A DNA stretch of 64,000 nucleotides, from positions 91,971 to 155,970 of the forward strand of contig JAAZNV010000006.1 of NCBI GenBank assembly GCA_012798115.1, in the 5' to 3' direction. The position numbers were made by a program, and so were the translations under genes. Positions within the stretch are counted from its first letter, which is position 1, and every line of letters starts with the position of its first letter. Under the pieces are notes generated by a model. It was not told where the DNA came from, did not search any database, and saw nothing but the letters and a program-made list of their open reading frames with translations. Shown here one piece after another: positions 1 to 10,067 of this stretch. The DNA is from a candidate division WWE3 bacterium. Its GTDB lineage: Bacteria > Patescibacteriota > WWE3 > UBA101185 > UBA10185.

Positions 1-1
1 T

Positions 2-1111
2 GTATTGGGAGAGGATGTTGGAGGTAGGGTAGTGGCTTATGACATTGGAAAGATGCCTCACCTTTTAATAGCTGGAACAACAGGATCTGGTAAATCTATA
101 TTTATTCATAATTTGTTATTTTCAATTTTATTTAGAGCAACTCCCCAAGAGGTTAAGTTTATAATCATTGATCCTAAGAGAGTTGAGCTTATTCATTATG
201 AAGGTATTCCGCATCTTTTAACTCCAGTTGTTACTGATATGGATAAAGCTCCTTCTGTTTTCAGATGGGCTGTAGATGAAGTGGAAAGAAGATATAAATT
301 ATTTGAACAAGCTAGAGTAAGAAATATAGAAGGATATAATGAAAAGTCTGGTATTCAAGTTATGCCATACATAGTTATTGTGGTAGATGAACTAAGCGAT
401 ATTATGGTTAGAGATCCTGCTGGAGTAGAAAAAAGTATTATTAGAATTGCTCAACTTGCAAGAGCAACAGGTATCCATTTAGTTTTAGCAGTTCAAAGAC
501 CCTCAGCTGACATTATAACAGGGCTTATTAAAGCAAATATTCCTTGTAGAGCTGCCTTCCAAGTTCTAAGTCAAATAGATTCAAGAGTAATAATTGATCA
601 ACCAGGCGCTGAAAAGCTTCTTGGAAAAGGAGATATGCTTTTTGTTCCTCCAGATGTGATGAAACCAATGAGACTTCAGGGGGCTTATATCTCAGATAAA
701 GAAATTGGTGATCTTGTAGAATACTTAAAAGCTCAAGGTATGGAACCAGATTATAAAGAAGAAGTGTTGAGAACTCCTACAGATTCTTCAAAAAGAGGAG
801 GGTCTTCTGAATGGGGTAATGAGGTAGATGAACTTTTTGATCAAGCTGTTGATATTGTTATATCAGCAGGAAAGGCTTCTGCATCTCTTCTTCAAAGGAA
901 ACTTTCAATTGGTTATGCAAGAGCTGCAAGAATAATTGATGAAATGGAAGAAAAGGGAATAATTGGACCGGAGGTAAGTGGTAGTAGAGGAAGGGAAGTT
1001 ATGGTTGATGATACTCCTAGTGGCCTTAACAAATCAGATGCAGATCCTGGGTATGGACCTGAGGATTTTACTGATGAAGATTTCCCAAGAAATGATAATA
1101 TTGTGAATTAA
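2..1111 (+). CDS. ftsK: DNA translocase FtsK/SpoIIIE, C-terminal motor plus gamma domain (5' end truncated by window edge)
   Basis: Walker [13 protein letters not shown], Walker [12 protein letters not shown]-terminal winged-helix gamma domain [29 protein letters not shown]; reading frame runs off the window start. Confidence 0.85.
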   Translation, partial: VLGEDVGGRVVAYDIGKMPHLLIAGTTGSGKSIFIHNLLFSILFRATPQEVKFIIIDPKRVELIHYEGIPHLLTPVVTDMDKAPSVFRWAVDEVERRYKLFEQARVRNIEGYNEKSGIQVMPYIVIVVDELSDIMVRDPAGVEKSIIRIAQLARATGIHLVLAVQRPSADIITGLIKANIPCRAAFQVLSQIDSRVIIDQPGAEKLLGKGDMLFVPPDVMKPMRLQGAYISDKEIGDLVEYLKAQGMEPDYKEEVLRTPTDSSKRGGSSEWGNEVDELFDQAVDIVISAGKASASLLQRKLSIGYARAARIIDEMEEKGIIGPEVSGSRGREVMVDDTPSGLNKSDADPGYGPEDFTDEDFPRNDNIVN

Positions 1112-2109
1112 AGTTTTATTTCTTCATCGACAAACTCATCTAGGTTACCGCTCAATACTTCTTCCGGGCTAGAACTCTCAACATTTGTTCTCAAGTCCTT
1201 TACCAATTTGTATGGGTGTAGAACATAATTTCTAATTTGATTTCCCCACCCAGGTGTTTTGTACTCACCCTTCAATTTTTTGGTTTCCATTAAAGATTTT
1301 TCTTCTTCTATTTGATAAAGCTTTGACTTTAATACTTTTAAAGCTTTTTCTCTGTTTTTTCCTTGATATCTTTCTTCTTGGCACTCCACAACAATTCCAG
1401 ATGGTTTGTGTTTTAATCTAACTGCAGTTGATACTTTGTTAACATTTTGACCACCTTTTCCTCCAGATCTAAAAAATTCCCATTCTAAATCTTCTTCTTT
1501 TATATTTAACTCAATATCATTATCAATAAGAGGTATTACTTCAACAAGAGCAAAAGATGTTTGTCTTAAATTATCTGCATTAAAAGGAGATTGTCTAACA
1601 AGTCTATGTACACCAGATTCTCTTTTTAAGAATCCATAAGAATAACTTCCTTCAACTTCAAAAACTACGGACTTTATTCCTGCTTCATCCCCTGGAATCT
1701 TAATAATTTCTGTTGTTCTCCAGTCTTTCCTCTCACAATACCTTAAATACATTCTCAAAAGCATTTCTACCCAATCATTTGCTTCAGTTCCTCCTTGTCC
1801 AGCATGTATTGATAATATTGCATTTCCTTTATCGTGTTTTCCAGATAAGTATGTTTTAAGCTCTAGCTTTTTAGCTTCTTCTTCGAAGTTTTTAATTTCA
1901 TTGTTATCTAGATACAACTCAAGTATCTCATAATCTTCTATTTCTTTTTTTAAGCTAGCTAATTCTTTAGTTAGTTCTTGGCCTTCTTCCCACTTTTTCC
2001 ACGTTTCTTCGTTTTTAAGTTTTTCTTTTATACTTAATATTCTCTGCTTTTTCTCATCAATTCTTAGTGATTTATTCAGCTTTTGAAGTCTTTGTTTCTG
2101 TTCTTCCAT
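1108..2109 (-). CDS. prfB: peptide chain release factor 2
   Basis: SPF tripeptide (RQSPFNADN) and GGQ motif ([17 protein letters not shown]); one uninterrupted frame with no internal UGA frameshift site. Confidence 0.85.
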   Translation of the reverse strand: MEEQKQRLQKLNKSLRIDEKKQRILSIKEKLKNEETWKKWEEGQELTKELASLKKEIEDYEILELYLDNNEIKNFEEEAKKLELKTYLSGKHDKGNAILSIHAGQGGTEANDWVEMLLRMYLRYCERKDWRTTEIIKIPGDEAGIKSVVFEVEGSYSYGFLKRESGVHRLVRQSPFNADNLRQTSFALVEVIPLIDNDIELNIKEEDLEWEFFRSGGKGGQNVNKVSTAVRLKHKPSGIVVECQEERYQGKNREKALKVLKSKLYQIEEEKSLMETKKLKGEYKTPGWGNQIRNYVLHPYKLVKDLRTNVESSSPEEVLSGNLDEFVDEEIKL

Positions 2110-2152
2110 GCGAAGATTATATATTAAAGGAAAGATTAATGAAAACTTTGTT

Positions 2153-4717
2153 TTAGTTAAATACCTCAGTACCTAGCAATAAGCTGTCCCCAGCCTTTAC
2201 TTCCTTTTTAAGTATTTTAACTGCTAAATAAGATTCTACTGAGTCTTCTATTGCTCTGGCTAAGGGTCTTGCTCCCCATTGAGGGCTATATCCTCTTTTA
2301 ATGAGTTCTTCAACTAGCTCTGGCTTGAAACTTAATTTAATTCCTTTTTCTTCTGCTCTACTTGTAACTTTTTTTAGCATTAACTTTGTTATCTCTCTCA
2401 TGTTTTCAACTGATAAAGGGTTAAATACTATAATTCCTGTGTATCTGTTTAAAAGTTCTGGAGCAAATTTATTCCTAATGTCAGTCATTGCTGCCTTAGT
2501 CATTTGATCGTATGTACCTTTTGCTTCAAAAACTGTTTGAATAGATCTTGTTCCAACATTGCTTGTACATATAATAATTGAGTTAGTAAAGTTAGCTATA
2601 TTTCCAGATGTGTCTGTTAATCTTCCTTCATCTAACACTTGTAAGAACATTAAAAGAATATTAGGATGTGCTTTTTCTATTTCATCTATCAAAATTAATC
2701 CAAATGGTTTTGACCTTACACTGTCCGTTAACGTTCCATTTATGGAGCCATCTGGTGATCCAATAAGCCTATTTATACTGTCTAATTGTTGATATTCACT
2801 CATATCTAATCTAATCATGTCCTCCTCATTTCCAAAGTAGCTTGATGCTAAAGCCTTTGCTGTTTCTGTTTTTCCTACACCAGTTGTTCCAACAAACAAG
2901 AAGCTTGCTATTGGCTTCTTTTCATCTCTTATTCCAGTTCTTGCTCTTTGAAGAGCAGCTGCAACTTTTTCAAGAGCTTGATCTTGACCAATTACTCTTT
3001 TTTTCATCTCAGATTCAATATTTAAAAGTTTGACTGCATCGTCTTGAGTAATGGTGGTAATTGGAACATTTGTCATTTCGGAAACTTCCTTGGCAACGTC
3101 TTCTGAGGTTAATATTTTTGTAGATTCTTTAACTGATACTGCAGATCTGTTTAGTATATCTATAGCTTTATCAGGAAGAACTCTTTCTTGGATTAATTCT
3201 TCTGATAGCTCTACACTTTCTACAACAGCAGGAAATGTTATAAATGTCTTGTATTCATCTTCATATTTTCTTGCAATGTATTTAAGTATTTCAATAGTAT
3301 CTAACTTTGAGCTTTGATTTAACTCAATAATTTGGAAAAGTCTAGAAATAACTTCGTTTGGTTCAATATATTTTCTGTAATTTGATATTGATGTAGCACC
3401 AATAAATCTAATCTTGTCGCTTACTAGGTAATTTTCAAGCATTGAAAAAATTGTTGAGGAATCCCCATCCTTCTCTCCTAATCCAGTTACTAAATTCTGT
3501 ATCTCATCTATAAATAGTATTATGTCTCCAGATCCTTCTGCATCATCAAGCACACTAGTAAGCCTCTTTGCAATTCCTCCAGCGTTTTCTGCTCCAGAAA
3601 TTAAGGATCCTACATCCAAACTTACAATTCTTTTGTTATGTAGTGTTTTATACTCAGTGCCACATATTATTCTGTAAGCAATACCTTTAAGAATAGAGGT
3701 TTTTCCACTTCCTGGCTCTCCAATAATTAAAATGTTTCCTTTGTTTCCATCAAGCATTTCAGCAATTTGTTTTATTTCTTCTTCTCTTCCTATAATTCTA
3801 TCCACCCTTCCTTTTTGTACTTCTTTTGTGATGTCAAGAGAAACCTTATCTAAAGTAGGGGTTACTCTTCCCAACATTCCTTTTCCTATTCCTCCTAAAG
3901 GACTTCTTTCGTAATTTTCTTGCCATATGTACACTTTTGATAAATACTCTCTTTCCTCAACTATCCATGAAGCTGTTTGTTTTATGGTTTCAACATCAGA
4001 GTTAAAGGAAGACAGTATTGTAGAGATATTAGGAATATTTGTTATTACAGATGTAAATAAATGTTCTAATTCGACATACCTAGATTTATTTTCATTTGCT
4101 AAATCAAAACTTTGTTTCTCAATATTATTAGTTTTCATTTCTGTAATATTACTGAGCTTTTCTATTAACTCTTTATTATCCAGCTCAGACTTTCTTAAAA
4201 GGTAGCTTATACTTTTATCTTTTATAATCTTGTTTATAGCATTCTTGGGATTTTTGATTAAAAGTTTTAAGTAGTACTTTGTTTTAGGTCTAAAGGATTT
4301 TATGTACTTGCTGTCTTTGATATCTTCAATCTTCCTTTCTGGTGTATTTAGATTTGATACTGCCCAAATAAGGTAAAGAACTACAAAGAAAATAAATGTT
4401 GCTTCAAGCGAGTAGTATCCTATGATTAGAGGGATAGCAAGCCAAACTATTGGGATTAGTACACAAATGATTAATATTGCAGTCATGAAGAGAAGGCCTA
4501 CAGCAATCATAAGTATCCTTGCAACAAAGCTCATAACTCTTCCTGGTATCGTACGTATACCATACAAGGGAACAAATAAAAGTCTAATATTGGTTAAAAA
4601 GGATAGCTCATTGTTAGCTACTGCTAGAAACGTTGTAGCTATATTAAAAGCCTTAGCAGGTCCTTTTGTTGCCCACCAAGCTAAGAACTTATGTGGCAGT
4701 TTAAACGAGTAGGGCAT
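2153..4717 (-). CDS. Clp/Hsp100-family double AAA+ ATPase with N-terminal polytopic membrane anchor
   Basis: N-terminal ~130 aa strongly hydrophobic (about 4 TM). AAA1 Walker [15 protein letters not shown]2 Walker [15 protein letters not shown], Walker [12 protein letters not shown]. No ClpB M-domain or IGF loop evident. Confidence 0.75.
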   Translation of the reverse strand: MPYSFKLPHKFLAWWATKGPAKAFNIATTFLAVANNELSFLTNIRLLFVPLYGIRTIPGRVMSFVARILMIAVGLLFMTAILIICVLIPIVWLAIPLIIGYYSLEATFIFFVVLYLIWAVSNLNTPERKIEDIKDSKYIKSFRPKTKYYLKLLIKNPKNAINKIIKDKSISYLLRKSELDNKELIEKLSNITEMKTNNIEKQSFDLANENKSRYVELEHLFTSVITNIPNISTILSSFNSDVETIKQTASWIVEEREYLSKVYIWQENYERSPLGGIGKGMLGRVTPTLDKVSLDITKEVQKGRVDRIIGREEEIKQIAEMLDGNKGNILIIGEPGSGKTSILKGIAYRIICGTEYKTLHNKRIVSLDVGSLISGAENAGGIAKRLTSVLDDAEGSGDIILFIDEIQNLVTGLGEKDGDSSTIFSMLENYLVSDKIRFIGATSISNYRKYIEPNEVISRLFQIIELNQSSKLDTIEILKYIARKYEDEYKTFITFPAVVESVELSEELIQERVLPDKAIDILNRSAVSVKESTKILTSEDVAKEVSEMTNVPITTITQDDAVKLLNIESEMKKRVIGQDQALEKVAAALQRARTGIRDEKKPIASFLFVGTTGVGKTETAKALASSYFGNEEDMIRLDMSEYQQLDSINRLIGSPDGSINGTLTDSVRSKPFGLILIDEIEKAHPNILLMFLQVLDEGRLTDTSGNIANFTNSIIICTSNVGTRSIQTVFEAKGTYDQMTKAAMTDIRNKFAPELLNRYTGIIVFNPLSVENMREITKLMLKKVTSRAEEKGIKLSFKPELVEELIKRGYSPQWGARPLARAIEDSVESYLAVKILKKEVKAGDSLLLGTEVFN

Positions 4718-4770
4718 ATATTAAAGAATATCAAATACAGGAGATTTAGGGTATATCTATTTGATAAACA

Positions 4771-5229
4771 TTAAAGAAACCTTTTAATAGCTCGTCCGAG
4801 TAAAAATCCTAAAGGAGCATAGAAAGAAATACTTAAGAATTTATAGGAAGATATTGTTCTTGTTATTAGTCCTAGATATGGAATTACTAAAATCACTTTT
4901 CCAATTATTTCAGATTCAATGATGGGATAAGGGTCTTCAAATGTATTATTGTCTCCTTTAGTGATAAAAAGGTTCTTGTTATGAAAAGAATAAATATTAA
5001 TTATTCTGTGAGTTATTAGATTTGGGATTTGAGGTGTTTTGTATACAATTATGTCTCCTGTCTTTAGCCCGCTCATTTTATTTATTTTAATTGCTATGAC
5101 AGCAGATCCTAGCTTTAAACTTGGTTCCATTGAAGATGTAGCTATTTCGTATAGTTTCAGATTTTTAGAACAAGTAATTGCTGTTAGAACTATCATTAAT
5201 ATTTTTAAAGCCTGAAAAGCTATTTTCAT
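4771..5229 (-). CDS. SipW-type (ER/archaeal-type, S26B) signal peptidase I
   Basis: N-terminal TM, catalytic SSMEPSL motif, conserved ITHRII and GDNN segments typical of SipW/Sec11-like peptidases. Confidence 0.7.
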   Translation of the reverse strand: MKIAFQALKILMIVLTAITCSKNLKLYEIATSSMEPSLKLGSAVIAIKINKMSGLKTGDIIVYKTPQIPNLITHRIINIYSFHNKNLFITKGDNNTFEDPYPIIESEIIGKVILVIPYLGLITRTISSYKFLSISFYAPLGFLLGRAIKRFL

Positions 5230-5271
5230 GTTTTTAATTCGCCTTCCCGGGTAAAGCGATATTGTAGATCT

Positions 5272-5859
5272 CTACAATTGAATAGCCTCAAATTCAAAGT
5301 CAAACACTGCTGTAGATCCTTGTTGATCATTTCCTAAGGTTGGAGCAGAAAACCTTAGTATTAAAGGCATTTGCTGTCCTGCTCCTATTTCTCCAAGATC
5401 AAATCCTTCTGTTTTCCATTTTGTTATAGTTTTCTTGCCAAGAGATACCCCTTCCTCGCCAGAATCAACAACTCCATTAGAATTTAAGTCGCTCCATGGT
5501 ATCACTTCCACTTGGATGTCTGATCTGAGATCGTCTGGATCGTTTGCAGTTTCATAGTATGCGTTTGTTACTAATCCTAACTTTGAAGTTCCATTATTTA
5601 ATATCTTTATCAAATAGTCTTGAGTCCACGTTGGAGATATGTTACTAAAGTTAGGGCCTGTGAGTTCATCTGTGAGATTTGATGAGTTTGCTTCAAGAGT
5701 TATATTACTTAGAAACTTAATATCTGCGCTTCCTGCACTAAACGTTGATCCTAGAACCTTTCCTTTGTCTGTAAAAGCTGCATAGGTTACTCCAGCTGCT
5801 AAACTAGATATAAGTATTATTGGTCCAAGGAGATACAGTAAGTTTTTTGTTTTAAGCAT
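5272..5859 (-). CDS. TasA/camelysin-like secreted protein carrying a SipW-cognate-class signal peptide
   Basis: Signal peptide followed by AAFTDKGKVLGSTFSAGS, matching the TasA AAFNDIKS...ATFASG cleavage region; located directly downstream of the SipW-type peptidase. Confidence 0.6.
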   Translation of the reverse strand: MLKTKNLLYLLGPIILISSLAAGVTYAAFTDKGKVLGSTFSAGSADIKFLSNITLEANSSNLTDELTGPNFSNISPTWTQDYLIKILNNGTSKLGLVTNAYYETANDPDDLRSDIQVEVIPWSDLNSNGVVDSGEEGVSLGKKTITKWKTEGFDLGEIGAGQQMPLILRFSAPTLGNDQQGSTAVFDFEFEAIQL

Positions 5860-5882
5860 TTATATCACCACCTTTCTCATAA

Positions 5883-6563
5883 CTAATTACTAAATAATTT
5901 ATGAGCTTTCATACTAAAGAAAGCCTTGTCGGCAACAACTAAATGATCTACAAGTGGAATGCCTATATCCGTTCCTACCTTGGATATCTTTCTTGTTACT
6001 TTAATATCATCTTCGCTTGGGAATGCTTCATTTGATGGGTGGTTGTGAACAATAATTATTGAGTAAGCATTCTTAAGCAAAGCTTTTTTAAACACTTCTC
6101 TTGGGTGTATTAATGTTTCAGTTAATGTTCCTTTTGAAATTACATCTTTTGAAATTAATCTACTTTTTGAGTTCAAAGAGATTAATACAAGATACTCTTG
6201 GTCTTTTCCAATTAAATCTCGTTTTACTAAAGAATAAACATCCCCTGGTTTCTTAATGGCACTTCCAATATTATGATCTTCTTGATCAACTCTTTTAGCT
6301 ATTTCCCCTAGTGCCCTAATACAAGATGCTTTAGCATACCCAATGTTCTTAAAGCTTGTTAACTCTTGAATATCTGCACTTAATAAATTTCTTAATCCTG
6401 AGTATTTATTTAACAAATCTCTAGCAAGGTTTGTAGCAGGGCAGTCTTTTCCACCAGATCTTAAAATTATTGCTAACAACTCTACATTTGTAAGACTGTT
6501 TAAGCCTTTATATATGAGTTTTTCCCTTGGTTTTTCTTCTCTTTGTAAATCTTTAATCTTCAT
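5883..6563 (-). CDS. radC: RadC-like JAMM/MPN domain protein (UPF0758)
   Basis: N-terminal HhH region; C-terminal JAMM motif HNHPSNEAFPSEDD. Confidence 0.8.
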   Translation of the reverse strand: MKIKDLQREEKPREKLIYKGLNSLTNVELLAIILRSGGKDCPATNLARDLLNKYSGLRNLLSADIQELTSFKNIGYAKASCIRALGEIAKRVDQEDHNIGSAIKKPGDVYSLVKRDLIGKDQEYLVLISLNSKSRLISKDVISKGTLTETLIHPREVFKKALLKNAYSIIIVHNHPSNEAFPSEDDIKVTRKISKVGTDIGIPLVDHLVVADKAFFSMKAHKLFSN

Positions 6564-6666
6564 ATCATTTTTATTAAGTAGAATGTAATTTAGTGATCAA
6601 TTTACATCAATATGTATTGTTCTATTTATTTTGGGAAATAGTTGGTGAAAGTTGAGGAATAAGGAT

Positions 6667-6960
6667 ATGGAAAAAAACTTAGGAAAGAAGATAAAAGATA
6701 TTAGAGAAAAGAATAATTTATCTCAAGAAAGATTTGGAAGGAAAATAGGAAAGTCAGGGAAGACTATTTCTGCTTACGAAAAAGGAAGATGTACTCCTTC
6801 GCTTAAAGTTCTTGATTTAATATCCCAAACATATGATGTTTCATTTGTTCATCTCAAGGACAGTAGGGGTACTCAGCTATGGGAAAAGATTCAAGGTGTA
6901 AAAAATGTGCTTGAAGAGATTGAATCAATGATATCGCACAACAAAGATACCTTAAGATAA
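6667..6960 (+). CDS. XRE-family helix-turn-helix transcriptional regulator
   Basis: HTH_3 signature LGKKIKDIREKNNLSQERFGRKIGKSGKTISAYEKG; ATG at 6667 has GAGGAA 7 nt upstream (the ORF track begins at an upstream TTG). Confidence 0.7.
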   Translation: MEKNLGKKIKDIREKNNLSQERFGRKIGKSGKTISAYEKGRCTPSLKVLDLISQTYDVSFVHLKDSRGTQLWEKIQGVKNVLEEIESMISHNKDTLR

Positions 6961-6996
6961 TTAAACTTAAATAGTTGCTTTAGTGATTATTTGTTC

Positions 6997-7554
6997 TTAT
7001 CTCTTTGAATACTGAGGTCTCTTTCTTGCCTTGTGTAGGAATGGCTTCTTTCTTTCCACCATTCTTGGATCTCTAGTTAAGAATCCTTGTTTTCTCAAAG
7101 TTTTATCAAATTCCTCGTCTAGCTTTGCCAAAGCTTTTGATATAGCTAAAACCACCGCATCTAATTGAGAAGACTTGCCTGATCCAGCTACTTTAATACT
7201 GGCTGAGTACTTAGCTTCAGGATGAGATATTCCTATCGTATGAAATGGTCTTACCCATTTTGTTTGTTCAACATTTCCAGAGAAATATTTCTCTATGCTT
7301 TGTCCATTAACAGTAAAATCACCTTTTGCTTCCCATAGAAAAACTCTTGCTGTAGCTTCCTTTCTTCTTCCCGTTCCAGATATAAACCCTTTCTTTAGAG
7401 GCTTGTCTTTTTTAACGACTTTGGTATCTATTAGCTTTTCTGTAATTCCTTCTTTTGTTTCTTCTGTTTCAACGGACATTGTTGCTTCCTCTACGTTTTT
7501 AACTTCCTTTTCTTTTGTGTTCTTCTTGTTTTTTAGTTCTTTCGTCCTTGGCAT
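6997..7554 (-). CDS. rpsI: 30S ribosomal protein S9 with ~60 aa Lys/Glu-rich N-terminal extension
   Basis: S9 core GTGRRKEATARVFL and C-terminus KPFLHKARKRPQYSKR. Confidence 0.9.
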   Translation of the reverse strand: MPRTKELKNKKNTKEKEVKNVEEATMSVETEETKEGITEKLIDTKVVKKDKPLKKGFISGTGRRKEATARVFLWEAKGDFTVNGQSIEKYFSGNVEQTKWVRPFHTIGISHPEAKYSASIKVAGSGKSSQLDAVVLAISKALAKLDEEFDKTLRKQGFLTRDPRMVERKKPFLHKARKRPQYSKR

Positions 7555-7555
7555 A

Positions 7556-7987
7556 TTATTTACTTAACTGAGCTTGGTGAGGATGTTTATCACCTGCATA
7601 AATATATAAATTAGCCATCCTTTGTTTTCTCATTTTGTTCTTTGGAAGCATACCAGATACTGCTTTTTTAATCACCTCTGTTGGTTTTCTTCCAATAAGA
7701 TTACCTAAAGTTTCTGTTCTTAGCCCATGTGGAAACCCTGTGTAATGAATATAGAGCTTATCAGTCATTTTCTTTCCTGTAACCTTTATTTTTTCAGCAT
7801 TAATAACAACAACTTTGTCTCCCCAGTTTTGATTCAATACATACTCTGCTTTATCTTTTCCAACAAGGATTACTGCTATTTTAGTAGCAAGTTTACCTAA
7901 AGTCTCGCCTTTAGCATCTATTAAATGCCAATTATCCTTTTTATCTGCAGTGCTAAGCACCGTTGTCTTATTTGGTGTTCTTTTCAT
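7556..7987 (-). CDS. rplM: 50S ribosomal protein L13
   Basis: L13 N-terminus WHLIDAKGETLGKLATKIAVIL. Confidence 0.9.
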   Translation of the reverse strand: MKRTPNKTTVLSTADKKDNWHLIDAKGETLGKLATKIAVILVGKDKAEYVLNQNWGDKVVVINAEKIKVTGKKMTDKLYIHYTGFPHGLRTETLGNLIGRKPTEVIKKAVSGMLPKNKMRKQRMANLYIYAGDKHPHQAQLSK

Positions 7988-8498
7988 TTTTCTTTTCTGC
8001 CTTATCTACTTTGACTTCCTTCTTTTCAGTAGGCTTAGCTTTTGTCTTTTTTACCACCTTAGCCTTATTTGTATTTTCTTTCTTTTCCTTCCTTTCTTTT
8101 AGTTCTTTACCTTTACTTATTGATTCAACAAATTCTATTCTGGCTAAAATGGCATTGTCTCCACTTCTGTTTCCTGTTTTAATTATTCTTGTATAGCCGC
8201 CTTTCCTATTTAGAAATTTTGGAGCTACATTATCCATTAAGCTTCTAATAGATTTTTCTGATCTAAGGTGCTTTCTTAAAAGCTTTACAGTGTTAAACTT
8301 AATGAGATTATTCTCTGATTTATTGGCTTTGATTGCTTTCGTTACAAGCTTTTCAACATATGGTTTAACAACTTTTGCCTTAGCTAGAGTTGTGTTAATA
8401 GAGCCTTGCTCAATTAGCTGAGCTGCTAAGTTAGAAATCAAAGCTTTTCTTTGGTCCTTATTTCTTCCTAATGTCTTTTTAACAACTCTATGTCTCAT
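7968..8498 (-). CDS. rplQ: 50S ribosomal protein L17 with Lys/Glu-rich C-terminal tail
   Basis: MRHRVVKKTLGRNKDQRKALISNLA is a typical L17 start. Confidence 0.9.
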   Translation of the reverse strand: MRHRVVKKTLGRNKDQRKALISNLAAQLIEQGSINTTLAKAKVVKPYVEKLVTKAIKANKSENNLIKFNTVKLLRKHLRSEKSIRSLMDNVAPKFLNRKGGYTRIIKTGNRSGDNAILARIEFVESISKGKELKERKEKKENTNKAKVVKKTKAKPTEKKEVKVDKAEKKNEKNTK

Positions 8499-8521
8499 AA
8501 GCTTTGTTTAATTTAATTAAA

Positions 8522-9445
8522 TTACTTTCTAAATCCTTCCTTAGCTAACAACTCCTTTATTTCATCTAAAGATTTTTCACCAATATTTTTAATATCTTCT
8601 AAGTCTTCGTCTGACTTTTGTGCTAGCTCATGAAGTGTATTAATCTTACTCTTTTTAAGAGCATTAATGGTTCTTGTTTGAAGTGGAAGTTCTTCTACTG
8701 AAACGTCTTCTGTAAGTTTTGTTTCTCTAGTTTTTTCTTCTTTCTTTTCTTCAGTTGCTGTTCCTTCTTTCCATTCTTCAAAAGCAACATAGTAGTCTTT
8801 TAATATTTGTGCTGCATTTATCAAAGCTTGCTTTGGAGAAATACTCCCATCAGTTTCTATGGTAAAAATTATCTTATCTAGGTCTGTTCTTCCACCAAAT
8901 CGTGCTGGTTCAATTTCATAATTAGCAGATAAGACAGGAGAAAACAATGCGTCCAAGACTATCACTCCAAGTTTAGATGTTTGTCTTTCTTCCATTGGAG
9001 AGTATCCAACTCCTGGTTCAACTGTTATTTCTGCTTCAAATTTTGACTTTGCATCGGCTAGTGTAGCAATATGTTGATCTTTATTCATAATCTCAACATC
9101 TGATGGAGCTTCAATGTCTTTTGCTGTTACCTTTCCAGGACCCTTTTTATCTATAGTAACTATGACTGGACCTTCTGAATGATTCTTAAACCTTATTTTT
9201 TTTAAGTTTAATGTTAATTCAACAACATCTTCTTTTACTCCTGGCATAGTTGTAAATTGATGATTAGCACCATTTATTTTAACTTGGGTTGCAGCAGCTC
9301 CTTTGATTGATGTCATAAGAACTCTTCTTAGAGCATTTGCAAGGGTGTACCCAAAACCAGTTGGTAATGGTTCAAACGAATAAATACCAATGCCTTTTTC
9401 TTCTTTTACTGTGCTTATCTTTAAATTTTCTTTAGTTAGTTCCAT
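8522..9445 (-). CDS. rpoA: DNA-directed RNA polymerase alpha subunit
   Basis: N-terminal domain FEPLPTGFGYTLANALRRVLMTSIKGAA; C-terminal alpha-CTD helix-hairpin-helix. Confidence 0.9.
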   Translation of the reverse strand: MELTKENLKISTVKEEKGIGIYSFEPLPTGFGYTLANALRRVLMTSIKGAAATQVKINGANHQFTTMPGVKEDVVELTLNLKKIRFKNHSEGPVIVTIDKKGPGKVTAKDIEAPSDVEIMNKDQHIATLADAKSKFEAEITVEPGVGYSPMEERQTSKLGVIVLDALFSPVLSANYEIEPARFGGRTDLDKIIFTIETDGSISPKQALINAAQILKDYYVAFEEWKEGTATEEKKEEKTRETKLTEDVSVEELPLQTRTINALKKSKINTLHELAQKSDEDLEDIKNIGEKSLDEIKELLAKEGFRK

Positions 9446-9463
9446 AAATTCCTCCTTTTAAAA

Positions 9464-10066
9464 TTATCTTGAATAAAATTCAATAATTGATTGTATATCC
9501 ACCCTCTCCTGAAGGTCGTCTTCAGCTGGGAATCTGATATACTTTACGGATTTTTCTTTAAGGTTTGCTTCTAGCCAATCTGGCATCACAAAACCTTCTC
9601 TTAAATGAATCTTTTCAAAAGCTACGGGTTTGATTATATCACCAGCTTTAATTTGCATAGAAGGTATTGTTACCGCCTTGTCATTTACAGAAAACAAGCC
9701 TCTTCTAATATTTTGCCTTGCTTGTGCTCTAGAAACTGCAAAACCGCTTCTATAAACTAAGTTATCAAGTCTTGACTCAAGCTTTTGAATAAGAATTGTT
9801 CCAGACACACCTTTAGTTTTTAAAGCTTCTCTTACATAGTTTCTAAACTGTCTTTCTAAAATCCCATAAATTCTTTTTGCTTTTTGCTTTTCCCTAAGTT
9901 GCCTACCGTATTCTGATAGTGGTTTTCTACTCAGTCCATGTTGTCCAGGTGCTTGAGGTCTTTTTTCAAAAGGACACTTTTCACTCTCACACTTCTTACC
10001 TTTCAAGTTAAGTTTTACACCTTCTCTTCTGCATAACCTACATTTTGCATCAGTGTATCCTGCCAT
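9464..10066 (-). CDS. rpsD: 30S ribosomal protein S4
   Basis: MAGYTDAKCRLCRREG zinc-ribbon start. Start chosen at the internal ATG (10064-10066) matching S4 homologs; the ORF track extends 12 codons further. Confidence 0.85.
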   Translation of the reverse strand: MAGYTDAKCRLCRREGVKLNLKGKKCESEKCPFEKRPQAPGQHGLSRKPLSEYGRQLREKQKAKRIYGILERQFRNYVREALKTKGVSGTILIQKLESRLDNLVYRSGFAVSRAQARQNIRRGLFSVNDKAVTIPSMQIKAGDIIKPVAFEKIHLREGFVMPDWLEANLKEKSVKYIRFPAEDDLQERVDIQSIIEFYSR

Positions 10067-10067
10067 G

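Noticed and set aside
2301-4712. Plus-strand ORFs of 60-96 aa inside the minus-strand Clp ATPase gene (2301-2507, 2559-2792, 2842-3033, 3051-3317, 3732-3914, 3927-4205, 4422-4712)
   Set aside because: Antisense to a well-supported conserved CDS. Low-complexity, Leu/Ser/Phe-rich translations typical of spurious ORFs in an AT-rich coding strand complement.
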